Assembly: GCA_964016885.1 (NCBI GenBank)
Contig: OZ024756.1
Location: 4,340,001-4,404,000 of the forward strand
Length of the DNA stretch: 64,000 bases
DNA from: Eledone cirrhosa
Lineage: Eukaryota
Direction: 5' to 3'
Shown here: one piece after another, positions 1 through 11,830 of the stretch
Position numbering within the stretch: position 1 is the stretch's first letter
Layout of the letters: each line of letters begins with the position of its first letter
Notes under the pieces: model-generated
Told to the model about the DNA's origin: nothing
Database searches by the model: none
What the model saw: the letters and a program-made list of their open reading frames with translations, nothing else
Position numbers and translations under genes: made by a program

Positions 1-24
1 GGATATAATCCACCAGTGATCTAC

Positions 25-28
<4 letters not shown>

Positions 29-101
<73 letters not shown>
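29..101. repeat. (TA)n microsatellite, representative of dozens of (TA)n/(TACA)n/(CA)n/(GA)n tracts across the window
   Basis: Direct reading. Other large tracts include 5.6-6.1, 10.0-10.5, 21.5-22.2, 33.4-34.7, 35.9-36.6, 48.4-49.5, 52.0-52.7, 53.1-54.2, 55.25-55.65 and 56.2-56.55 kb. Confidence 0.99.
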
Positions 102-106
<5 letters not shown>

Positions 107-193
107 GTGAGGTTGTTTTTTTTTGTTTTTGTTTTTGTTTTGTTTTTTTTACAAAATGAAAAATAACCGAGGTGTCCTACACGAGTGGAAGTA

Positions 194-285
194 TAAAGAA
201 AAAGGGATGAAATCGAAAATGCAACTGAAGTCTTATTTTTTAAAAAAATAAGACTTCAGTTGCATTTTCGATTTCATCCCTTTTT

Positions 286-291
<6 letters not shown>
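194..291. repeat. Fold-back hairpin of an interspersed repeat fragment
   Basis: aaagaaaaagggatgaaatcgaaaatgcaactgaagtcttattttt is followed by its reverse complement. One arm recurs at about 38731-38777, directly downstream of a hammerhead motif. Confidence 0.85.
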
Positions 292-353
<62 letters not shown>

Positions 354-421
354 GGGGTAACAAATTATTGTTATAGGTAGTCCACTTAGGTGTAGTCCAG
401 TTATGGTACTCCGGGTAGTGG

Positions 422-467
<46 letters not shown>

Positions 468-472
468 CATAC

Positions 473-1028
473 ATGGTGGCTGCCAACTCGTTTTCGAGTA
501 AGGCCACTACTTTATATCCATGTAGGAGAACTCCTACCGATGCGCTGAACGAGTCTGACTTTTTAGTCCAGTCAGCAACTTGAACACTCTGGTACAAACA
601 CTACACCTGTGACAATTATTGACACATGGTGCTGGGCCCATGGTACCACGTGATGACAAGTGCAGAGAGATCTCCAGATATAAAGCAATGCCTGTGCCGT
701 GAAGCTTTTATAGTGAGCAAAGGCACTGCACAAAGCCAGTCCCACTCTCTTAACCAAGATGATATTTACCAAAAAGAAGAACAAGTCAACATCATTGAAT
801 ACCATCAGAGTTGCAGGTGTTATATCAGAGTTTTCCTTCTCCTAGAATTCTGCCTTGACAAAGGCTAAGGGGTCATCTCTCCCGGTGATTTTGGATGGCC
901 ATTGACTCTTAAGAGATCCTTTGCCCTTTGACAGGTTTTGTTTTTAGTCCTGCAGGATGTCCAAAGTCACCCTCCTCACCAAGAAACCTTGGTGGGGTTG
1001 CCAGTTTAGTCGCCAACGACCCGACCAT
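473..1028 (+). mobile_element. About 555-bp unclassified interspersed element, copy 1 (ATGGT...ACCAT termini)
   Basis: Highly similar reverse-complement copy with the same boundaries at 55658-56212. Both copies lie in TA/TACA microsatellite. Confidence 0.85.
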
Positions 1029-1039
1029 GAGACAGGTTG

Positions 1040-1118
<79 letters not shown>

Positions 1119-1119
1119 A

Positions 1120-1223
1120 GGCGTGTGGCTGAGTGGTTAGATTCACAATCTTGAGGTTGTGAATTCGATTCATGGACCGAGCGATGCGTTATGTCCTTGA
1201 GCAAGACACTTTATTTCACGTTG
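1120..1223 (+). mobile_element. tRNA-derived SINE, 5' part
   Basis: A-box-like TGGCTGAGTGG and B-box-like GAATTCGATTC, followed by a GTCCTTGAGCAAGACACTT central domain typical of CORE/V/Meta-type SINEs. Confidence 0.7.
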
Positions 1224-1325
1224 TTCCTTCTGCCTGGAGTTGCGACCGATAGATAGTATTAGCAACAGGAAAGACCAACGGAAACATTGTTTCCTCGGTC
1301 CGATTTGACGATAGTCGATCGTTCC

Positions 1326-1380
<55 letters not shown>

Positions 1381-1646
1381 TAAAACATGTCTATAGAATC
1401 ACAAGATAAAATATATACTATTTCCTCTCCCAATTAGCATAATTAACTATATAAAAAATCGAATAGACCAGGCTATACGAATGAGGCTTCTATGAAGGAA
1501 TCTCCGACAAATAACCGGAACTAGCGCTTCGCGTCGGCCGTAGTGGAACATTTATCGAATATTTCGACAGCGTAATCGCCTAGATATAGTCAACTAAACA
1601 GAATTAGGTTTTAAATAAACTAGGAGAAAATAGAATACATTTAAAT

Positions 1647-1735
1647 ACCTCTACCATGGTTTCGTCCGTGTTTTGAGTTTTCCAATAATTATGTAATAAT
1701 TATATAAACTCGACCGCCGGATTCTTCAGGAAGGT
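1647..1735 (-). ncRNA. Type I hammerhead ribozyme motif with long stem II
   Basis: Minus strand: ACCUUC CUGAAGA AUCCG...CGGAC GAAA CCAUGG UA GAGGU. Stem III is the palindrome ACCAUGGU; cleavage triplet GUA. Confidence 0.75.
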
Positions 1736-1957
1736 CGCTTATATCTAGACATTAAATTTTCCAAAGCGATCGCGCCGAGAATTCATTTCAAAATGGCTAA
1801 AAATCGTGACGTAGTCGCGGTCAAGTTGGAAGGGGTGTGGTAGTTGCTTACGACTGGTGGCATTTTTGCTAGAAAGCACAGCACAATACAGCCAAATTTG
1901 TATCTCAACCTAGTGGGAGATTATTACATATAAAAGTTTACATATATATATACATAC

Positions 1958-2003
1958 ATTATAATATTGCCAGAAATAACAATAAAACACACCTACCGTT
2001 TGG

Positions 2004-2080
<77 letters not shown>

Positions 2081-2126
2081 CAAACGGTAGGTGTGTTTTA
2101 TTGTTATTTCTGGCAATATTATAATT
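1958..2126. repeat. About 55-bp inverted repeat arms enclosing a (TA)n(TG)n microsatellite
   Basis: attataatattgccagaaataacaataaaacacacctaccgtttggcac and its exact reverse complement. A related fragment lies at about 39480-39540. Confidence 0.9.
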
Positions 2127-2300
2127 ATAATTATATATATATATATATAATGTTGAGTATGTGTTGGTTGGTTACCGACACTTCAGTATGCAGGGTAGAA
2201 CACTCAACGCAGTGCGCAGGTGGGTCTGTTTATTCCGGAGTAATTTAAAAACAAGATGTGTAAGTCAACAGGTTAGAATTAACTGCATTTATTCATATTC

Positions 2301-2359
2301 GCTGTAATATATATTTCGGTGATAGTCATTATTCAACAGCTATCACCTCATCAGACAGC
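2301..2359 (-). ncRNA. Type I hammerhead ribozyme motif
   Basis: GCUGU CUGAUGA GGUGAUAG..CUAUCACC GAAA UAUAUA UU ACAGC. Confidence 0.8.
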
Positions 2360-2757
2360 TAGATCTTGGACAGAAAATAAACAGGAAAACAATGATGGAA
2401 CAAAGTTTACCTCCGTTATTTCGGTCCTTTGATATGCCCAGTCCCGAAGTATGGTGATGCTTTCTCAAAGAACTGGTGGCGTATGAACTAGAATGAACGA
2501 ACAACAAACTGACCTGTTTCTAGGACAACTGACCTAAGGAGTTCAATAGACCTGGTATTGGAGTGTTAAGAGAGTACCTGACCTATGAGAGTATGGTAAA
2601 TTCTACTGATGCTTGAATTCAATCATTCTAAATCATGTCACCAATTCTTTGATAAAACAGCACCATACTTCGGGACAGGACATATCAAAGGACCCAAATA
2701 ATGGAGATAAACTTTGTTCCACTCTTATATTTTTCTGTTTTTTCTATTCAGGTTCTA

Positions 2758-2816
2758 GCTGTCTGATGAGGTCATAGCTGTTGAAAAATGGTTATCACCG
2801 AAATATATATAACAGT
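2758..2816 (+). ncRNA. Type I hammerhead ribozyme motif
   Basis: GCUGU CUGAUGA GGUCAUAGCUGUU..AAUGGUUAUCACC GAAA UAUAUA UA ACAGU. Confidence 0.8.
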
Positions 2817-2862
2817 GAATATGTATAAACAAAGTTAATTTTAATGTTGACTTACACTTCTT

Positions 2863-2900
<38 letters not shown>

Positions 2901-3071
2901 TTATATATATATATAGTATTTTACATTACTCCGGTGTAAACAAACCAACCTGCATACTTCGTCGAGTGCTCCAACCTGCATACTGAGGTGTCTGTAAACA
3001 ACCAACACATACTCAAAATGTATATAACAATGATATTAAATAAATGGAAACTATATTTATAAAACCATATT

Positions 3072-3132
3072 TATTCTATTATATATATTTCAAGGGTACC
3101 AAAACTTTGGTACGCCCTCATCAGATAAAATA
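3072..3132 (-). ncRNA. Type I hammerhead ribozyme motif
   Basis: UAUUUUAU CUGAUGA GGGCGUACCAAA GU UUUGGUACCCUU GAAA UAUAUA UA AUAGAAUA. Confidence 0.8.
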
Positions 3133-3265
3133 CAAAGTTTGTTTTATAAATATTGACATATCCTGGAATGACACCTTAACGGTTCAAGTTTTACTTGTCG
3201 AGTACTTCGAATCAGTTATAAATATATATATTTGTTGAATTACCAACAAATTAAATATCCCTTTG

Positions 3266-3343
<78 letters not shown>

Positions 3344-3373
3344 TATATAATATATATAAATATATGAAAGCAA

Positions 3374-3421
<48 letters not shown>

Positions 3422-3791
3422 ATATATATATATATATGAAAGCAAATAAATATTTGGTGAAATAAAATACATAAGATGTATACAAGTAGTTTATGTATTA
3501 AAACATCATTAGATGTTGTTAACAGATTTTGAAATGTACATCAACAATTATTTTTGTTCTGATGTTTCAAATTTCACATTTTCGTCGCAAATTGAAAAAT
3601 ATGTCGTGGTTATGCCTCTTCGTCCTCTTCTTTCTTATTTTCACTCCTTGTGGAGGAGTTCTTATTAAATAAAGATATATGGGAATCGCTTTGGTCAGAA
3701 GAAAAACGGATTACGAAAACAAACAAAAACGCCAAAGTTTTGAAAAATTTTATATAACATAATGTAAGGTATATTATAAATCTATTAAATG

Positions 3792-4083
3792 CAGTGATTC
3801 CCAGCGTGGGACGCAGGCCCCACAGGGGATCAATTTGAATATTTAAGAGGGCAGCTTAAAAATGATGTTAATAAGAGCAAACTTCATGTTGACATTATTA
3901 CTTTTATACCAAGGCCACATTGGTACACATTCCTGTCGGAATATATTATCTCACATCCTCCATATATGTTATTGTACATCTGGCACAACCTATACGACAA
4001 TTTCTTTATACTTTGCAGGTGAGACATAACAATTCTTGAGATGTTGAGGAGGGGCATGGTACATAAAAGGTTGGGAATCACTG
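3792..4083. mobile_element. hAT (Charlie-like) MITE
   Basis: TIR CAGTGATTCCCA...TGGGAATCACTG. Flanking 8-mers attaaatg and atcgaatg match at 6 of 8 positions (degenerate TSD). Confidence 0.75.
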
Positions 4084-4221
4084 ATCGAATGTATTCAAAG
4101 CAACACTAAATAAATTTGAAAATGCCAATCTTTTTAGAAAGTAAATTAAATATATATAACAACAATAAATAAATAAGGAATATTTGACGTCAGAATAAGT
4201 ATTAAAAAACGTGACAAATAC

Positions 4222-4988
4222 TAATAATTTCTACTTTTGGCACAAGGCCAGCAAATTCCCCAGTAAATTACTGGTACTTTATTTTATCGACCCCGTAAGG
4301 ATGAAAGGCAAAGTTAACCTTGGTGGGATTTGAACTCAGATCATAAAGAGAGGTAATTCTATGCTTCAACGCATGGCGTCCGACCCTCTACCGATACTGC
4401 GAATCAAATATTAATAATTGTTTCTACTTTTGGCACAAGGCCAGCAATTACTCAGTAAATTACTGGTACTTTATTTTATCGACCCCGTAAGGATGAAAGG
4501 CAAAGTTAACCTTGGCAGGATTAATATATAATTGTTTCTACTTTTGGCACAAGGCCAGCAATTACTCAGTACATTACTGGTACTTTATTTTATCGACCCC
4601 ATAAGGATGAAAGGCAAAGTCAACCTCGGCGGGATTTGAACTCAGAATGGCAAGGGCCGTAACTCTTTGCTGCAAAGCATGGCGTCCGACCCTCTACCGA
4701 TACTGTCAATCCAAATAATGTTATGTAAAATATAATTGTTTCTACTTTATGCACAAGGCCAGCAATTCACCAGTGCATTACTGGTACTTTATTTTATCGA
4801 CCCCGTAATGTTATGTAAAATATAATTGTTTCTACTTTATGCACAAGGCCAGCAATTACCCAGTGCATTACTGGTACTTTATTTTATCGACCCCGTAAGG
4901 ATGAAAGGCAAAGTTAACCTCGGTGGGATTTGAACTCAGAATGGAAAGGGGCGTAACTCTATGCGTCAAATCATGGCGTCTGACCCTC
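4222..4988 (-). mobile_element. Cluster of tandem full and partial copies of a tRNA-derived SINE
   Basis: Five repeats of tttctactttt(g)gcacaaggccagcaa..ggtactttattttatcgacccc. B-box GTTCAAATCC on the minus strand. Same family as 26840-27032. Confidence 0.88.
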
Positions 4989-5351
4989 AATAACGTAAAA
5001 AATGTTGAGGGAAACGAAAGGCATTGGGTGGAAGAGGAAGGGTGTTGAATGTGTTTACTATGTAAGGGAGCAAGAAGATCAGAATGGAGGGCAATAGGGG
5101 CTACTGGTTAGGGTGTAGAGGGCAAAGACTGGATATATATTTTATATCAGAAGTGTGACACACACACATATTTACATACATACGTATATATATGTGTGGG
5201 TATACATAATATAAATATGTATATATATATATATATGTATGTATGTATGTATATATGTATGTATATATATACATATATACATACATACATATATATATAT
5301 ATATACATATTTATATTATGTATACCCACACATATAAGTATATATATATTC

Positions 5352-5402
5352 TCTTTTACCTGTTTCAGCCATCCGGCTGAGGCCATGCTGGGGCACCGCC
5401 CT
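5352..5402 (-). mobile_element. SINE-like fragment
   Basis: ttttacctgtttcagccatccggctgaggccatgctggggcaccgcc resembles an abundant octopus repeat end (from recall). A related fragment lies at about 26630-26665. Confidence 0.45.
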
Positions 5403-5450
<48 letters not shown>

Positions 5451-5455
<5 letters not shown>

Positions 5456-5612
5456 ATACTTTGGGAGGGTCATGTTGCCAATAAGAAACACACGCACCAG
5501 TTGCTTTCCCTTCAATTTATTATATATTTATAAATTTATAAATTTACAAAGTATAACAATATCGGTTTCAACACACGATTTCAGATAAAGAATCATGCTA
5601 AACAAATTCAGA
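5451..5612. repeat. Dispersed, internally deleted copy of the monomer of the 23.8-24.66 kb palindromic array
   Basis: Shares ttgttatactttgggagggtcatgttgccaataagaaacacacgcaccag and caatatcggtttcaacacacg..tcagataaagaatc. Confidence 0.9.
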
Positions 5613-5614
5613 AA

Positions 5615-5747
<133 letters not shown>

Positions 5748-5966
5748 CATATATATATACACACACATATATATATATATGCATATGTATACATATATGT
5801 ATATATATATATGTGTGTGTGTGTGTATGTACATATATAAATATATATATAGATAGATACACACACACACACACACATCCATATACTGTGTATATATATA
5901 TAGTGAGTGTTTAATTATTGAATAAAATGTATATATATGTATATATATATATATATGTGTATGTAA

Positions 5967-6069
<103 letters not shown>

Positions 6070-6299
6070 CATACATGGAATGAATGATATGAGAGAGAGA
6101 GAAAGAGAGAGAGAGGGAGAGAGAGAGAGAGAATGTCAACTATATCTTCATAAGTAAAACTTTTAAATTAGTTAAAATCATTTCTAAAGGAAGAAAAGGT
6201 AAATGTAATATCTCTGCCTACCATACGACATTGATATTGTGTATATAAAGACTTCTATAGTTTTGACCTATCTCTTTGTCTATCTATCCATCTATCTAT

Positions 6300-6910
6300 C
6301 AGTCTTTCTTACACTGCCCGGGCGTCACTGACCTGTGGGGCTATGTAGAACGACTATTGTCGCGGGTGGGACCAATCCAGTTGACCACCGCGTCCATTGT
6401 CATGATCAAACCGCCACCCTCCTTCAAAAACGAAGGAGATGCGGTTTTCCTTTGCGTGATAGCTATGGCGAAAGAGGTTGTATGGTGGACAAGGTTGAAA
6501 GGGCTGAGGTCAGACACCTTTCTCTCCGGCCAACAACTGATTCTTTTTTTTCAAATACCACTTTGGAAGAAGAATCAGGATGGAGAGAGAGGTGCTGTAC
6601 CCCAGCAAGTTTTATGAAAGGTGGGTGAAAGTGGCGAGAATGGCCTGAGTGAATGGGCCTTCTCTCTGTAGGTTAAGGAAAAGGAGGAGGAGAGGAAAGG
6701 AGTACAAACTCTTCGTACTCCTGGAGATGAGGGTTGCACATTTTTTCGGAGATATATGTTACCCATATGAACTGTCTCCCCCTATTTGGGAAAATCGACT
6801 AATTTTTTAAATTGCATTTGTGATAACATTTTACACGTTTTTATTGTATGTAAACTTCCCCCTTTATATTTGTCCCCTTCTTTTGTGCCCCTGTGGCTAA
6901 TAAAGAAACA
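6300..6910 (+). mobile_element. 5'-truncated, frameshifted copy of the L1/Tx1-type LINE at 57-63 kb
   Basis: Translation HCPGVTDLWGYVERLLSRVGPIQLT..VFLCVIAMAKEVVWWTRLKGLRS matches the ORF2 C-terminus at 62460-62830. Same 3' UTR ending AATAAAGAAA. Confidence 0.93.
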
Positions 6911-7000
6911 TATGTATCAGACTTTCTATCTGTCTATCTATTTATCTATCTATTCTCCTCACTGTCTCTCACAACATACACACGGGTATCTATATATATA

Positions 7001-7764
7001 AGAAACGGAGCGGGCTGTGTGGATACTGTAAACAAAGCGTAAGATAGTAATATGGACGTAAATGAGAGAAGAAACCCTTCATCAGCTGTTAACTGCGATC
7101 ATAGATGTTTCGGCGCTTAAAATAGGACATCGAAATCGATCAGCAGCGCGCCCAAGGCCTTTTATCGATCAAAAGGCCATAAGGGAAAGAAAATAAAAAT
7201 TAGTGAAGAGAGAGGAAGAAAGAGAAAAAAAGGAAAGAGGAAAAAACGAAGTAAACAAACAGAATGGATGGTGGGAGGGGGGGCAGAGGACAATGGCACA
7301 TGCAAGTGAGTAACCGAGGAAAAAATAGAAAAAGTTACAACGAACTGATTAGACTTAAGTCTTGTGGACAAATAACTGCGGAGCGATGTTGTTCCGTGCG
7401 CTCTCGTCAAAGTGAGTGTAGAGAGAGAGAGAGAGAAAGACGGAGCAGCCGGAAGTGAGAGGCTAAAGAGAAAGGGAGATAATCCAAAAGAATTTTACGA
7501 CATGTGTGAAACACGGTCGAAAACGAGCAGATGGATATATATATATAGAGAGAGAGAGAGAGGGGGACGAGAGAGAGAAGGAGTGAGTCGATATGAAAGC
7601 GTGGTGGGGCCACAAATCGAGCAAAACAGGTAAATGGGGGTCACAGCGGTAAATACAAAATTACAAGAAACGGAGCAGGCTGTGTGGTTACTGTAAACAA
7701 AGTGTAAAATAGTAATATGGACGTAAAGAAGAGAAGAAACCCTTCATCAGCTGTTAACTGCGAT
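7001..7764 (-). mobile_element. Element with about 100-bp direct terminal repeats (7001-7099, 7665-7764) carrying CTGATGAAGGG; probable Penelope pLTR remnant
   Basis: The direct repeat is visible. Only the 5' half of a hammerhead core is present. Similar architecture at 40.8-41.2 kb. Confidence 0.5.
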
Positions 7765-7952
7765 TTACGGTCAATTAACACAATCACATATATACACACA
7801 GGCTGTGAAGAAACATATCTACTGCTATCTTCTCTTACCACCAAATTTTGAGCAAGAAGGATGGAAGAAAATTTACTCCAACATTTGATTTTAATTGTAA
7901 ATCCTCAATTTTTAACTCCTATTAATTCTTTTTGATTTTTATTTCAATACTC

Positions 7953-7997
7953 AACATTTGATAAGATGGATTTTAATACATCGAAACCGGTAATTTT
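7953..7997 (+). ncRNA. Hammerhead variant with U3-A8 core
   Basis: AACAU UUGAUAA GAUG GAUUUUAAUA CAUC GAAA CCGG UA AUUUU. Same family as 52924-52971. Confidence 0.6.
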
Positions 7998-8346
7998 TCA
8001 TATACTTTATATACATTATAAAACATTTTTTTAAAAAGAATTTTCCTTCTCATTTTTTCAATAATGTTATCTTTTCAATAATGTAACTTTGACGAATCAA
8101 AAAAGAAAAACAGACCCTTAAATATATCTCCCGTGCTATTTCCAACTTCACATTTTCTCTATATCCACACTTTTGTATAAAATCTTACTTCCCTTTTCTA
8201 ATATATATATATATATATATATACTTATATTAATAATAATATTTAGGAGAGTAAATTTTACTCATTTACTAGCTGTATTTTAGTTCAATGCTATGGTACG
8301 ATCAACCGAGCAAAAATATAATTATATGTATATATATATGTATATG

Positions 8347-8414
<68 letters not shown>

Positions 8415-8788
8415 TGTGTGTGTGTGTCTGTCTGTCTATGTGTGTGTGTGTGTGTGTGTGCGGTAAATAAAGGATACGTTTTATAAAAGCCGGTACGATG
8501 TGGTAGGATTACGAAGAGCAAATGTTGACAAATGAAACAACCAAAACAACCTAATGTTTTACCCAGGGTATTGTGACATGATATTTCAGAGCTATTACCC
8601 GTTTTTCAGGCCCGCATCTAAAACGAGGGGAATAACCCTGAAATATCATGCCATGATATTACCAACATTTCATTGTTGGTTTGTTACATTTACTATCAGT
8701 TGCTTTTATAAAACTTGCCCTTTGTTTACTGCATATCTCTCAAGACTTTGTATTAACTATACTATTCGCCCCCCCCCCTCTCTCTCTG

Positions 8789-8844
<56 letters not shown>

Positions 8845-8947
8845 ATCAACGTTAACACAAAAGTTACATAATCATATTTCTCATTATACGTATTTCTGGG
8901 ACACTGCAATGCAGCTGTTGGGCAATCGTTACAGCAGCCACATACAC

Positions 8948-9009
<62 letters not shown>

Positions 9010-9127
9010 ATATACATACAGAGAGAGAGAGAGACAGAAAGAGGGGGAAAGAAAGGGAGATTTCTAAATTATACATACACATTATATATACTAAAAAGAG
9101 AAAATACTCACTACATGCTTACCGTGT

Positions 9128-9181
<54 letters not shown>

Positions 9182-9184
<3 letters not shown>

Positions 9185-9569
9185 GGGCGAAGGGTCCGTA
9201 CATGCAACGCATGCAGTGCATGCGTTATAGAATCTTCAGTTGATCAATTGCGTCGGTTGAAGCAAGCAGAATTTTGGCTGCTTACTAAAACGTATAGGCA
9301 CAAAAAAGATAACACACACAATACACACATACACACACACACACACAAACACACGACAGCTTTGGGGCAAGCAGAATTTTGATTGCTTACTAAATCGTAG
9401 ACACATAAAAAGATAACACACACACACACTAGATAACACTACATGCGGCTTTGACCGGGAGGGTCATGTAGAGGGAATTGGGGGGGGGGGGGTTAAGGCT
9501 GCACAGCCCCACTTACCGCCATGGCGATTGGACTACATGCCCTGCTTTCCAGGTTACCCTTCGCCACTG
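9182..9569. mobile_element. MITE with 14-bp TIRs (hAT-like) inserted in (TA)n
   Basis: CAGGGGCGAAGGGT...ACCCTTCGCCACTG (one mismatch). Internal duplication of about 60 bp at 9261-9320 and 9367-9427. Confidence 0.78.
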
Positions 9570-10067
9570 ATATATATATATATATATTCAGCTGTTGCCG
9601 TTTACTACTACTTCATGTTTCATGTTAACAGACTCTGTCTGAGGATCAAATATATACATAATCTATAAAAATACACATTACTTAGATAAGCAGAAGGTCT
9701 TATATTTGATGGAAGGGTACATTCGATTGTATGAACCCCAGTACTTGATTATTACGTTAATTTATCAAACAACGGGAGTAATGACAGCAAAGTATTTTGT
9801 CTGGGGCTCAAACTAAGTTGTTAAACCACCGCCTTTAAAATAATATTAAAAATATTTAATTAAAATGATAAAACTATGGTATAATTGTTTTTTTGATATC
9901 ATAGCTTAAAAAAGACGTTATTTCTCGTCCTTCACAGATTCTTATAGTGTAATTTGGTATAGTGTATCCAAGTGACAGCAGAGATAGATAAATATATCTG
10001 TATATAGATATGTATATATATATATATATCCGTATATATATACATATGTATTTATATAATATATCTG

Positions 10068-10100
<33 letters not shown>

Positions 10101-10128
10101 TATCTGTATGTATATATTTATATAATTA

Positions 10129-10163
<35 letters not shown>

Positions 10164-10217
10164 ATATATATATATATATATAAAATATATATCTGTATGT
10201 ATATATTTATATAATTA

Positions 10218-10256
<39 letters not shown>

Positions 10257-10284
10257 TATCTGTATGTATATATTTATATAATTA

Positions 10285-10331
<47 letters not shown>

Positions 10332-10354
10332 GTATGTATATATTTATATAATTA

Positions 10355-10407
<53 letters not shown>

Positions 10408-10435
10408 TATCTGTAAGTATATATTTATATAATTA

Positions 10436-10512
<77 letters not shown>

Positions 10513-11107
10513 GTGCAAGCTCATATATATATGCAGATACAAAGAATGACAAATGTCCAAGTAAACGCAGTATTCTAACGCAAAGTATCTCAGTTTCCTT
10601 TATCAACAAAGCTAGCTTGATTAATCTTTTCCTTACAATTACTTTTAAATGAAAACCTTGAAATAAAACAAATTTTAGAAGGAACTCAGTTTTTAGAAAC
10701 TGCTGACACCCAAGCAAACATTGCGTTCTGAAACAAACCCATATATTTTTATAATTAATTTAAATTCCTTTTAAACTAAATTTAAAAAAAAAACGGAATT
10801 TCTTTTTATTTAATGTTTATTTTTTAAATTAAAGGAGCTCAAACATGGCTGCAGTACAAATCTCTAAATAAAAGATCGAATGACTAAAGTATTTGATGGT
10901 GATGTCTATAGGTTATCGGACATTAAAGCAAGGGTTTACAGGTTCGAAATGTCTCATTGATAGCAATATTTTAATGGCTGTCGTGTCTTGTTTATTTTCT
11001 CATGTGTGTGTAGGTGATTTAACAAGGAACTGTAATTTATAAATTTCTATTTAGACACCATGAAGTACAATAAACTGTAAAACTGTTGAACTGAAGTGAC
11101 GATATAA

Positions 11108-11792
11108 TAATGATTATTTCTACTTTTGGCACAAGGCCAGCAATTGTCCCAGTGCATTACTGGTACTTTATTTTATCGACCAGGGTAAGGAGGAAAAGCA
11201 AAGTTAACCTTGGCGGGATTTGAACTCAGACCGTGAGGGGCCGTAACTCTATGCTGCAAGGCATGGTGTCTGACCCTCTACCGATACTGCCAATCCACCG
11301 CCCTAATAATTGTTTCTACTTTTGGCACAAGGCCAGAAATTTCTCAGTACATTACTGGTACTTTATTTTATCGACCCCGTAAGGATGAAAGGCAAAGTTC
11401 ACCTCGGCGGGATTTGAACTCAGAATGGCAAGGGCCGTAACTCTATGCTTGGCGTCCGACCCTCTACCGATACTGCGAAGTATGGATATAATAATAATTG
11501 TTTCTACTTTAGGCACAAGGCCAGCAATTACCCAGTGCATTACTGGTACTTTATTTTATCGACCTCGTGAGGATATAATAATAATGGTTTCTTTTGTAGG
11601 CACAAGGCCAGCAATTTGGGGGGCAGGGGAAAGTCAATTAAATTGACACCAGTAATCACTGGTACTTTATTTTATCGACCCCATAAGGATGAAATGTAAA
11701 GCTAACCTCGGCGGGATTTTAACTCAGAACGTAAAGGGCTGTAACCCTACACTGAAGTGTCCGACACTCTACCGATCCTGCCAATCCACCAC
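11108..11792 (-). mobile_element. Cluster of tandem copies of the tRNA-derived SINE
   Basis: Four copies of the gcacaaggccag...ggtactttattttatcgac module, with heads ending ccaatccacc. Confidence 0.88.
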
Positions 11793-11830
11793 TGAATAAT
11801 AACACTGAACATAATTATGTGGTAAAAGAA

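Larger units (their letters stand above)
2151..3017. mobile_element. Long imperfect inverted-repeat element (Penelope pLTR-like) with a hammerhead in each arm
   Basis: 2151-2470 matches the reverse complement of about 2650-3017. The right arm is interrupted by (TA)n at about 2866-2915. Confidence 0.75.

Noticed and set aside
8465-8732. Imperfect inverted repeat with hammerhead-like remnants
   Set aside because: The core is too degenerate (CTGAAAA, CTAAAAC) to call; probably an old member of the same class.
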